A DNA stretch of 35,761 bases from a virus (Duplodnaviria; Caudoviricetes): the IMG/VR virus record IMGVR_UViG_3300020042_010683, positions 1 through 35,761 of that record; one strand, written 5' to 3'. Within the stretch, counting starts at the first letter, position 1. Every line of letters starts with the position of its first letter. Shown here piece by piece: positions 28,003 to 35,761 of this stretch. The translations under genes and the position numbers were made by a program. Under the pieces are notes generated by a model. The model ran no database searches. It saw only the letters and a program-made list of their open reading frames with translations, and was not told where the DNA came from.

Positions 28003-28349
28003 TATGCGATGGTGATGTTGTCGTCAACTTTGACAGTTCCTTTGATGAGCATATCGGATAGTCCGCTACTGTTTGTAAGGCGAAAAAGATCCCAATAGTA
28101 GGTGAGGTTTCCATCAAGTTTGAGTGTTTGTGCCTTGGGTAGAGTGCAAGTCACGATGCCTGTACTACCTGCCCCCGTTGCATCACAAACGAAAGATGCG
28201 ATCAAGGGTTGCTTGGGCGCTCTCCGTATTTGTGCTGTAAAAGTATCAGCAGCTACGTTTACGATTACTTGTGCAGAGTCGCGAATTGTGAGCTGAAAAC
28301 CGAAATCTGCTCCTCTGCTGACGATGATGTTATGTTGTGCTGCGGCCAT
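28002..28349 (-). CDS. Ig-like (BppU N-terminal-like) tail fibre adaptor
   Basis: RGADFGFQLTI, AQIR, YYWDL and LIKGTVKV; immediately upstream of the tail fibre gene. Confidence 0.65.
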   Translation of the reverse strand: MAAAQHNIIVSRGADFGFQLTIRDSAQVIVNVAADTFTAQIRRAPKQPLIASFVCDATGAGSTGIVTCTLPKAQTLKLDGNLTYYWDLFRLTNSSGLSDMLIKGTVKVDDNITIA

Positions 28350-28683
28350 TGGGTGTCATTGCTTGTTCTACGGCAACGACGAATCCTACTGGCATTTTAG
28401 ACTCTTGTCCAGACTCTTCATACGAATCTTCAGACATAACATAGTCATGAACGCTATCGAGATGGTCGCAGGCGAGAATGATACTTTCTTGTGCCTCGGG
28501 TTCAATCAATTCTTCAGACTTGCACTGGCAAGCATGAAGGAGACCCTTGGCGTTTTGGATAATCTGGTTAAGCTTTTTAGCTATGAATTCATGAGCTTCA
28601 TGTGCGTATTCAGGGGACTCGTCCTCGTAGGACTTGTCCCCTGTCATGTCGCCATTTTCTTTTGACATGTAAACGCTACTCAT
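28330..28683 (-). CDS. Acidic hypothetical protein (117 aa)
   Basis: ORF track; packed in the operon. Confidence 0.65.
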   Translation of the reverse strand: MSSVYMSKENGDMTGDKSYEDESPEYAHEAHEFIAKKLNQIIQNAKGLLHACQCKSEELIEPEAQESIILACDHLDSVHDYVMSEDSYEESGQESKMPVGFVVAVEQAMTPNGRSTT

Positions 28684-28686
28684 AAA

Positions 28687-29181
28687 TTATAGGTATTTGA
28701 ACTTGCGGTAGATCTGCAGGGCAAACTGGTTCGGGGTTACCTTACCAAGCTTGCCACCCATATCTTCGAGCAACATTTCAATCTCAGCCATCGCTTTAAC
28801 ATCAGCTTTGGATTTTGGATCGAAGGTAGACCCGTGGGTAGTCTTGAACAAGTTGGCTACAAGAGACTGATCATAAACAGGTTCAGCTACTGGTGGGGTC
28901 TTCTTGTTGTCAGGATTCCGCACGTTAGTAGGTGGATTCTGTTCCATTTCGTCCATCGATTCACCGACCTCAGCCATACCTTGCTCTACAAGCGCTTTAC
29001 CTGTAGGAAGTTTTGACGCATTAGGGTCACGAAGCAAAGGCTCGCCACCACCAGAGGTGTCAAATTCCATTTCGTCTTCGTCTTCGTATTCGCCTGTTGC
29101 TTTTCCGATCTGTTTGTCAGCTGAATTAACAAATGATTTCCCTGCTCCAGAAGAAGCGGGCATGTTTAGATAGTTTCCCAT
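28687..29181 (-). CDS. Hypothetical protein (164 aa)
   Basis: ORF track; acidic low-complexity N-terminus and helical C-terminal domain. Confidence 0.7.
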   Translation of the reverse strand: MGNYLNMPASSGAGKSFVNSADKQIGKATGEYEDEDEMEFDTSGGGEPLLRDPNASKLPTGKALVEQGMAEVGESMDEMEQNPPTNVRNPDNKKTPPVAEPVYDQSLVANLFKTTHGSTFDPKSKADVKAMAEIEMLLEDMGGKLGKVTPNQFALQIYRKFKYL

Positions 29182-29240
29182 AATTGTGTTACGTTTAAAT
29201 GTAATTAGATTTTCATAATGCGATTAAAACATATATGCAT

Positions 29241-29283
29241 AAAAAGAGCCAGCGAGCGCCACAGTGTGTAGCGCCCGCTAGCT
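29241..29283 (-). terminator. Intrinsic terminator after the major capsid gene
   Basis: Minus strand AGCTAGCGGGCGCTACA-CAC-TGTGGCGCTCGCTGGCT followed by CTTTTT. Confidence 0.8.
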
Positions 29284-29290
29284 AGATTAA

Positions 29291-30634
29291 TTACGCAGCA
29301 GGGTCAGCATCGTCACGCTTGAACAAGACCACGTAACCGAATTCGGTTTTGATTGGCTTGGTAGCGCTGGCGAGGATACCACGGAAGAAACCAATAGTTC
29401 CATCTGGGTTGGTAATCTCGTTGAGGATGTTCGTCCATTTGAACTGACCGCGATACTGAACAGGATTGAAGGTCAGACCGTTCGAACCGCTCAGTGGGTT
29501 TGGAATCAAGGCCTCGCAAACTTCTGGGTGCATGATATACATGGCTTCGTAGGAAGCGCTATCATATGAAGGGTTTGGTTTGGCGACACCACCAGTTACC
29601 GTCTCGGGCTCTACTTTTGAGATAATACCAGTTGTACCGTTGTAGCTGAAGCGAGGAGCAAGGTCGTCTACCAAGTGGTAGAAGCCACGGAAGGACTTCT
29701 CAACACCAAGCGGAGCAATCAGTTCCGATACACGGGAGTTGTTGTAACGAATGTCGTCGCGGATCGCGGCCGACTCAGTCATGAGGCGGTAAGAAGCTTC
29801 CGAGGACATAACAGCGGCAAACACTGGGCGACCATTCTCACGGCCGTAAGCGTTAGTGCCTGCGCCAGCACGAACAAGGCGATAGTAGATCTTGTCCATG
29901 ATCGCGTTGCTGATGTTTGCAGTAGGAGTTACGTCAGCGTTAGCTGCGCCAGAGGTATTAAGTTTGATACCGTTGAGGTCGACGCCTTCGAACAGATCAG
30001 TAGCAGTGCCATCACCAGCATTATCAACCAAAGTGAGGAACGGAGTAGCAGAAGCAAGGCAAGGAACGAGGTTAGCAGCTACTTTCTCATACTCGTCACG
30101 ATAACGGTTTTCCCAAGAACGGCGAGTAACTTGGGTCATGACATCCATGATGGCACGGAGTTGGTCTTGACGATGAGCAGCGAAGCGCAAGTCTTCTAGA
30201 GAGATACGTGGGGATTCGATAATACCACGCTCCAAGGAATACTTTTTGAGCTGCTTACCAAACTGAACATACGAACGGTTGTCATTGCTGCCAGTTCCAC
30301 GACCACCCTGAACATTGTCAGCGGCGTCATCGAGAGCCTGACCACCAACAATCGAGGTGTTGAATTGGTTGCCACCAGTAGAGAGAGTTCCAACGGCGGT
30401 AAAGTTCACGCCAGCTGTGTTACCGTTTTGAGCGGTAGTAGCAACAGCACGGTCATAAACCAGAGTCGAAAGTTGATAACCCATTCCATCAGGAAAGGCC
30501 GATTGCTTGGTCAGGTCGAGCCAAGGAGAAGTGTGGAGAGTGTGCTGATAGATATCAGAACCAATGCGGTTGGCTTCTTCAGCCAAGATAGTGTTGATGG
30601 CAGTTACGCCGCTTGCGAGATCGAAGGTAGACAT
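29291..30634 (-). CDS. Major capsid protein (447 aa)
   Basis: Size, position after portal and scaffold, own promoter and terminator, and Ala/Gly/Asn-rich composition. Confidence 0.8.
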   Translation of the reverse strand: MSTFDLASGVTAINTILAEEANRIGSDIYQHTLHTSPWLDLTKQSAFPDGMGYQLSTLVYDRAVATTAQNGNTAGVNFTAVGTLSTGGNQFNTSIVGGQALDDAADNVQGGRGTGSNDNRSYVQFGKQLKKYSLERGIIESPRISLEDLRFAAHRQDQLRAIMDVMTQVTRRSWENRYRDEYEKVAANLVPCLASATPFLTLVDNAGDGTATDLFEGVDLNGIKLNTSGAANADVTPTANISNAIMDKIYYRLVRAGAGTNAYGRENGRPVFAAVMSSEASYRLMTESAAIRDDIRYNNSRVSELIAPLGVEKSFRGFYHLVDDLAPRFSYNGTTGIISKVEPETVTGGVAKPNPSYDSASYEAMYIMHPEVCEALIPNPLSGSNGLTFNPVQYRGQFKWTNILNEITNPDGTIGFFRGILASATKPIKTEFGYVVLFKRDDADPAA

Positions 30635-30663
30635 AGTAGTAAAAAGTTAAGGTTGTAAACTGG

Positions 30664-30729
30664 TGTTCCCGTTAAGGAACAAATGGTTAAAAAATGGTTT
30701 GGATTGGTATCAATATTCCCGATAAGGAA
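30664..30729 (-). repeat. Two copies of hairpin TTCC-CG(T/A)TAA-GGAA in the capsid leader
   Basis: TTCCCGTTAAGGAA at 30666-30679 and TTCCCGATAAGGAA at 30716-30729. Confidence 0.8.
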
Positions 30730-30756
30730 GCTAACACAGATGTTGTGAACCAGTTT

Positions 30757-30855
30757 TAGAACTACTTAATGGCTAGAGCAACCGACAAGTTCGAGTGGGA
30801 CTAAGCCCGAGTTGTTTTGTCTTTGGTCTAGAACTACTTAATGGCTAGAGCAACC
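30757..30855. repeat. Perfect 27-bp direct repeat (2 copies, 45-bp spacer) in the capsid leader
   Basis: TAGAACTACTTAATGGCTAGAGCAACC at 30757-30783 and 30829-30855. Confidence 0.95.
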
Positions 30856-30870
30856 ACCGCTGACAGAGAA

Positions 30871-30898
30871 AAATTATCATATTTTTCAGACTTGTCAA
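30871..30898 (-). promoter_or_regulatory. Sigma70-like promoter for the capsid gene
   Basis: TTGACA(30898-30893)-16-TAATTT(30876-30871) with extended -10 TG. Confidence 0.65.
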
Positions 30899-30903
30899 TA
30901 GAT

Positions 30904-30936
30904 AAAAAAGGCTGGTAAGAATAACTTACCAGCCTT
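30904..30936 (-). terminator. Intrinsic terminator after the scaffold gene
   Basis: Minus strand AAGGCTGGTAAG-TTATT-CTTACCAGCCTT-TTTT. Confidence 0.85.
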
Positions 30937-30961
30937 GTGTGTATCGCTTATTACCGCTGAA

Positions 30962-32083
30962 TTACATACCCCCAAAGGCAGCATCAACTCGATCAATGAA
31001 TGATCCACTAGTCTGCGACGATCTAGTTGTATTAGATCTACCAGACATCTGCGGTTCTGCCTTTTCGTATTCAGCCAATCGATCTGTGATCGTATCGAAT
31101 TCCTTTTTCAAGGATACGTATTCACGAATGATTTTAGGGAATAGCTTGGCCGATACTGCATTGTATGCGTGGTCGACGCTATGAAGTGCATTGGGATCAA
31201 TCGATGCAGATTCCTGTTCGATCTTGTTGATGTCAAGACCCTCGATGTTTGCAAGGAAGGGCAACTTCTGCTGGATTCGCTCAACAACATTGCGTGTAAC
31301 CGAAGATCGCAAGCGAGCTCGCTCAGCCATTTGGGCGCGGCTTTGTTGCTCTTCGACCAGTTTGGCTTCAGCAAGGGCTAGCTTGGTATCCTGCATCATC
31401 TGATTGCGCCGTTCAACCAATGGTTCTATTCGCTCTAAGATGTTATAGATCTTTGACTTATCCCGATCAGTAGCCTGTGGCATAAGCTCAGAGAGGCGCT
31501 CCTCTTGGAGGTCAGCATCGGGCATACTCAATACTTCGATGAGCAATTGAGACTCGACGTTATATTTCTCAGCTACTTGCACAGCTTGTCCAAGAAGGTC
31601 GCGAATCGGTTCGGCAATGGCTGTCTGATAAGCCTGTGTTTGTTCGAGATCAACAAACATCTGACGCTTTTCATATTCCTCCACTTTTTGTTGGAGCTGC
31701 TCGTAGTCCTTATTTTCAGTAAGTCCTTTGAGTTCCTGTATCTGAGTTTCATACTGAGTCTTAGATTGCTGCAGTTCTTGTAGCTGGGACTTATGCTCCT
31801 TTAACTCCTGTTTGAGTTGTTTAAATCGCTTGGCTGCCTCAGGCGTCCAGTCGTTACCAACATCACCCTCAAGTTGTTCGATAGGGTCATCGGTCGTGGT
31901 TTCATTCTCGACTGGTTCGGGATCTGGGGTTGGTTGTTCCTGATCGGGGGTCGGAGTAGTGGTTTCTTCGGGTTCATCGAGCTGCGCAAAAGCCCGCTCG
32001 AGAGATGCTTCAAAAGAAACGTCTTCGGACGGACTATCGGGTAGTGCGGCTACTGGATCTTGCGACCCAGCACTATCATTCAT
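30962..32083 (-). CDS. Putative capsid scaffolding protein
   Basis: Acidic Pro-rich N-terminus and long coiled coils; lies between portal and capsid genes. ATG 32083 gives an ATGA overlap with the upstream stop. Confidence 0.75.
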   Translation of the reverse strand: MNDSAGSQDPVAALPDSPSEDVSFEASLERAFAQLDEPEETTTPTPDQEQPTPDPEPVENETTTDDPIEQLEGDVGNDWTPEAAKRFKQLKQELKEHKSQLQELQQSKTQYETQIQELKGLTENKDYEQLQQKVEEYEKRQMFVDLEQTQAYQTAIAEPIRDLLGQAVQVAEKYNVESQLLIEVLSMPDADLQEERLSELMPQATDRDKSKIYNILERIEPLVERRNQMMQDTKLALAEAKLVEEQQSRAQMAERARLRSSVTRNVVERIQQKLPFLANIEGLDINKIEQESASIDPNALHSVDHAYNAVSAKLFPKIIREYVSLKKEFDTITDRLAEYEKAEPQMSGRSNTTRSSQTSGSFIDRVDAAFGGM

Positions 32084-32388
32084 TGAGGAATGTGCATCCA
32101 TTCTTGTGGTGTTTGTGTTGGTTTAACGGGGAGCTTTGTTAGTTTTTGTAAGTCCCTGAAAGCATCATGGTAGCCAGCGAGCCAGTTTAGGCGCATGGCG
32201 TTTTGGTTAGCCTCAGTAGAGAGCGCACCACTTGATGGTGACGCTGCTTCTTTGAGCGTGGCTACAGCTGTTTGAAATACTGGACTGTCTATGAGTGCAC
32301 GATATTGTTCAATAGTGGCTATGTCGCCAAACCACTGTGCAAGGGGTTTAGGTAGCGACACTCTAGTAGCCTTAGGTGGTAATTTCAT
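32080..32388 (-). CDS. Small hypothetical protein between portal and scaffold (102 aa)
   Basis: ORF track; a position commonly occupied by a small gene in podovirus head modules. Confidence 0.7.
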   Translation of the reverse strand: MKLPPKATRVSLPKPLAQWFGDIATIEQYRALIDSPVFQTAVATLKEAASPSSGALSTEANQNAMRLNWLAGYHDAFRDLQKLTKLPVKPTQTPQEWMHIPQ

Positions 32389-32415
32389 GTGTGATTTATT
32401 TTTGGTGTGGCGAGA

Positions 32416-34662
32416 TTATAGCTCCATTTGACGGAAGCGCAATGCATTTTGTGCATCTTTCATCGCCTGTTCTTGTTCGAACTTACGTTGTGTAAGAGAC
32501 ATTTCAAGCTCAGCTTTCTGCTGTGCAATTTGCATTTCAACCTGAGCCCGCTGCATCTTAATGTCGAGGTCAGACATCTGAGGCGCTTGTGCAGGCTGAC
32601 CACTTTCGGCCGCTAGCTGTTCCTGTTCGGACTGTTGGTCACGCTGAATCTTCTCAAGAGCCTTCATCGTGTTGTTCACGGCTTCCTCAACGTATTGCAA
32701 AATCTGGTTGGCTGAGCTTACCATCGAACCCAAAGCAGGATCTCCACCTGCGTATTGAATCGTCTCTGACATGTGTTGGTAAACGGCCTGAAGTGCGGGA
32801 AGCATTTGTTGTGGATCAGCTTGACCTGCATTAATTGCTTCGAGCATTTGTTGAGCAAGCTGCATGTGGACTGGCAAATGCTGCCCGTGTAGCTCGCTCG
32901 AAATTACTGGGATGTTCTGACCAACCTGCAGCTGCATGTTCTCGAAGATCGCAATCTTCGTGTCTGTTGCTGTGCGGTCGCCTCCCTGATTCGGTGCATA
33001 CCGATCAGCCAAATCGTAGCCCACCCTTGTCGAGACAATGTCGCGTGTCAGATTCTTGCGACCTACGTCATCAAACTGTGAACTCATCGCTTGGAGCTCA
33101 CGGAGGGCGACCAATCGGTTGGCCATAGATCCATTACCAATTGATCTGATGGCACGAGTCCGCGCAACATCCAACTTCTTGATGAAGTTAGCGTCAACAT
33201 TCCTCTTGGCACATCGGGCATAAAACTCCTTCACATATCGATCCTGCTTGGTGCTGGTTACGACTCGACGCACGATCTCGCGCATCAAGCGATTCCAGCT
33301 GGCGTAGAATAGATTCAGAGAAGCACCCGAGAGACGTGTCGAAACGTCCATGTCGGATACAACCTGCATCTGGTTACGGTATGGTGAAGACTGCATAGCT
33401 CCGTATGGACTGACTGTGTCAGTATTCAACGCAAGCTGTTGGGACAAATCCTGTAGGGCGGGGACTACGGAAGTTGCAAGGTTCGGGATTGCCTTCTCGA
33501 CAATCTTGACGTTGGGAGACATCACCGAGTAGCCACCGTAGAACGTGAACTGTAATTCGTCCAAGGCACGTTGGTTCTCTGGTTGAAGCATCACCGAGGA
33601 TGCGAGCATAGCGCCGTCAATCTGCTGACAGCGTAGGCGATTGCTCGTCTGCACATGCGAGAAGATCCGCTGGCCGAGACCGCGAATCGAATGGTATGTG
33701 CCATTAGAGCCTACACCGTTGGTGAAGAATATGAATGCTTGTTCAGGATTGCTGTAGCGGGAGACCTTTTGGTATAGGAACTCAGTAGCATCTTTCTCAG
33801 GGGCAATGCAGTGGGTAACAGATCCATCGATTTCGCGCACCCAGAAATGGAGCAGGGATACCTCAGGGTTTTGAATGCCGAGGTAGAGGTCATTATTCTT
33901 GGCCTCAGCTTGTAGACTTTCGTAGTCTGCAATAGTCGTGGTCGACAGGTTGTTACGACCCTGAGTCGTAACATTCTTCAGCATGGCCTTTTTGACGGCC
34001 GCAACATTCCAACCAACAGAAGCTGCCGCTTTTTCGTTTTCGATAAAATGGAACAGTTCATCGAGCGGATAGTTGCGGCGACCAATAGCAATGGTAATCG
34101 CCTGCTCAGTTGCAGGCGTTTGCCGTGGGATCAAGAAGTCATTAAAGCCACCTACTTTGAAATGCCAATCATCAGGTGAATCAAAGTAAGCGATACCCAC
34201 TCCATGTTTAATGAAGGTGGTGCAGAGTCGCAGGTAGCTGCTGTGGTATTCTGGCCAGCTGCGAATGAGGTGTGTAAGTTCCTCGGCAACAATGTCCTCC
34301 ATTTCCTTGGCAGCTCCACGTTCGCCGACAGTGCTAAAGACTTCAACGAGCCGCTCCAAAGAGCTGTCCAAGTCCACGTAAGCAGACAAGGCAATATCAA
34401 GTAGGCGCTGGCCATCGTTGAAATTCAAGTTGGTCTTGAGACCCTGTCCAGAAGCAGTGAGCTCAGCCTGATTGTATGGTGCTACTCCGTCGAACATTTG
34501 GTCAACCCTCATGCGCTGAACGGAACTACCCTCATCAGCCCGTAATAGGGTTTGGAATATCGAGATAGCGCTCTTAGCATCACGAAGACGTGATTCTACT
34601 CGCTTCCCTTTGTCATCAAAGGGTGATAACTCTAGACCATCTAGTTCGTGGAGATTGGACAT
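32416..34662 (-). CDS. Portal protein
   Basis: About 748 aa, helical, with FIKHGVGIAYF and RGLGQ segments and a Gln-rich C-terminal barrel-like tail. First gene of the head module; start ATG 34662. Confidence 0.8.
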   Translation of the reverse strand: MSNLHELDGLELSPFDDKGKRVESRLRDAKSAISIFQTLLRADEGSSVQRMRVDQMFDGVAPYNQAELTASGQGLKTNLNFNDGQRLLDIALSAYVDLDSSLERLVEVFSTVGERGAAKEMEDIVAEELTHLIRSWPEYHSSYLRLCTTFIKHGVGIAYFDSPDDWHFKVGGFNDFLIPRQTPATEQAITIAIGRRNYPLDELFHFIENEKAAASVGWNVAAVKKAMLKNVTTQGRNNLSTTTIADYESLQAEAKNNDLYLGIQNPEVSLLHFWVREIDGSVTHCIAPEKDATEFLYQKVSRYSNPEQAFIFFTNGVGSNGTYHSIRGLGQRIFSHVQTSNRLRCQQIDGAMLASSVMLQPENQRALDELQFTFYGGYSVMSPNVKIVEKAIPNLATSVVPALQDLSQQLALNTDTVSPYGAMQSSPYRNQMQVVSDMDVSTRLSGASLNLFYASWNRLMREIVRRVVTSTKQDRYVKEFYARCAKRNVDANFIKKLDVARTRAIRSIGNGSMANRLVALRELQAMSSQFDDVGRKNLTRDIVSTRVGYDLADRYAPNQGGDRTATDTKIAIFENMQLQVGQNIPVISSELHGQHLPVHMQLAQQMLEAINAGQADPQQMLPALQAVYQHMSETIQYAGGDPALGSMVSSANQILQYVEEAVNNTMKALEKIQRDQQSEQEQLAAESGQPAQAPQMSDLDIKMQRAQVEMQIAQQKAELEMSLTQRKFEQEQAMKDAQNALRFRQMEL

Positions 34663-34670
34663 TCGCGTGG

Positions 34671-34698
34671 ATTGTATCAATGATTGGGTTAGTGTCAA
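34671..34698 (-). promoter_or_regulatory. Sigma70-like promoter, near-leaderless, for the portal gene
   Basis: TTGACA(34698-34693)-16-TACAAT(34676-34671), 8 nt before ATG 34662. Confidence 0.7.
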
Positions 34699-34721
34699 GT
34701 ATTTACCTAATATTTGTCATA

Positions 34722-35180
34722 TTAGCCATCGTCATCTTCGTCATCTGGGTGCTGCTCCCAAATCTGGCTCAGCAATTTGACTACACACTTGTTGTGGCGC
34801 TTACCTGAGGCGTGTAAGAGCTGGACAAAAGCTAGGTTGCCTCTCGTTTCTTCGCGAACCATGTGCGGAGTCACCTGTCGTTTACCCTGTATCCTCCATA
34901 CTGCACCATATGGCGTGATTCCGTAGTTGGGATACTCTGGAATCATGCGTAGATCGGGTGGAATGCAGTTATCTTCAGGTAGTTTGAACTTCGGATTCTT
35001 GTGGAAGAGCCGAAATAGGCGTCCTTGGCCAACGGGAATCAAGGAAAAGAACCCTTTTGAGCTCCAGTGACGCTTCAAACGTCTTCCAGTCTTCCAATTG
35101 TAGACAAATCCCGACTCTGTCAGAACATAGTTTGGTAATCCGTCGATAGTGTTACAGGTTGTGTGCATATTTTCTTTCAT
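34722..35180 (-). CDS. Protein with two NUMOD4-like motifs and no HNH domain
   Basis: IDGLPNYVLTESGFVYNWKTGRRLK and IPEYPNYGITPYGAVWRI...FVQL...GKRHNKCVVKLL; ends in an acidic tail. Start uncertain (35252/35180/35168). Confidence 0.65.
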   Translation of the reverse strand: MKENMHTTCNTIDGLPNYVLTESGFVYNWKTGRRLKRHWSSKGFFSLIPVGQGRLFRLFHKNPKFKLPEDNCIPPDLRMIPEYPNYGITPYGAVWRIQGKRQVTPHMVREETRGNLAFVQLLHASGKRHNKCVVKLLSQIWEQHPDDEDDDG

Positions 35181-35223
35181 TTTTGTTGTTGTGGTTTGGA
35201 AATTGAGGGCAAATGAGGGTAAC

Positions 35224-35472
35224 TTAGTTGGGGTAGACAGGGAGTGGCTCATCCTTAAATACGATTGTCTGTATGGCAGGCGCTGGGGATTGAGTATATC
35301 CCACCAGCTTGAGGATGTTGATGCATCCTCCTAAGTTAAGTCTAGCAATCGTTCGAGAGGCCTCTATCGCTTTCTCTAATGTCTCATATTTCTGGCTAAT
35401 ATCGCCATATTGCACGAAGTATACATCATTATTCATATTCATTGGTTCTGTTTGGTTTGGAAATTGGGCCAT
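35224..35472 (-). CDS. Hypothetical protein (up to 82 aa)
   Basis: ORF track; start uncertain. Confidence 0.55.
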   Translation of the reverse strand: MAQFPNQTEPMNMNNDVYFVQYGDISQKYETLEKAIEASRTIARLNLGGCINILKLVGYTQSPAPAIQTIVFKDEPLPVYPN

Positions 35473-35483
35473 TTAGTGGCAAA

Positions 35484-35761
35484 TCAGGTGAGCTGGTCAC
35501 CGATGTAGTAGGTGCGATCATGCATCTCCTCGGTAGATTTATCCGCTCGTTTGAGTTTTTGCAACGCTTTTTTTTGTTTTGAATCCAAATACATGCGCAA
35601 AAGTTGTGCTTCTGAGGGTGCATTGGCCTCCGCTTTTTTTACTCTGGCTCGTGTGTCGTTGAGCTCCTTAAGCATAGCGCCCATCCCCGTGACCGTTTGG
35701 ACTGGGTTGAAGAAACCTTTAGCCAGTCGGTCATACCATGGGGCGTTTTCGGCATCTCGGT
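35484..35761 (-). CDS. C-terminal fragment of an ORF truncated by the window end
   Basis: The frame of track ORF 35484..35684 stays open to the edge: RDAENAPWYDRLAKGFFNPVQTVTGMGAM... Confidence 0.7.
   Translation of the reverse strand, partial: RDAENAPWYDRLAKGFFNPVQTVTGMGAMLKELNDTRARVKKAEANAPSEAQLLRMYLDSKQKKALQKLKRADKSTEEMHDRTYYIGDQLT

Noticed and set aside
29182-29300. Programmed frameshift or readthrough extending the capsid protein
   Set aside because: No slippery sequence near the TAA, and a terminator follows immediately.
30753-30855. Calling the 27-bp repeat a CRISPR array
   Set aside because: Only two copies, the GTTTT end is not shared, the spacer is self-structured and no cas genes are present. 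Kept only as an alternative hypothesis.
1-35761. Stop-codon reassignment
   Set aside because: Core genes are full length in the standard code, and TAA, TAG and TGA all end genes at tight junctions.

Overview
The window is a large part, possibly most, of a tailed dsDNA phage genome with podovirus-like organisation. A plus-strand block (6653-17139) encodes an HTH/TerS-like protein, a DUF1599-like protein, RuvC, an SF2 helicase, a DUF2800/Cas4-like nuclease, a probable SSB, family A DNA polymerase and a primase-helicase. A minus-strand block (34662 to 17233) encodes portal, scaffold, major capsid, tail fibre, lysis genes, Ser/Gly-rich virion-like proteins, a three-domain Stealth/glycosyltransferase/methyltransferase and an adaptor-like protein. 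A second minus-strand block (6627 to <1) encodes TerL and three ejection-protein-like ORFs; the last is >956 codons, absent from the ORF track, and runs off the window in a (PAATT)n repeat. Most notable: (i) the Stealth+GT+MTase fusion next to Ser-rich structural genes, a possible virion phosphoglycosylation system; (ii) a 136-bp nested four-copy palindrome at the end of terL; (iii) a repeat-rich structured leader upstream of the capsid gene; (iv) head-to-head terL/terS-like genes with interlocked promoters; (v) several promoters predicting leaderless mRNAs. I recognised no integrase, tRNA, reverse transcriptase or cas operon. All product calls come from motif reading and gene order, not database searches.
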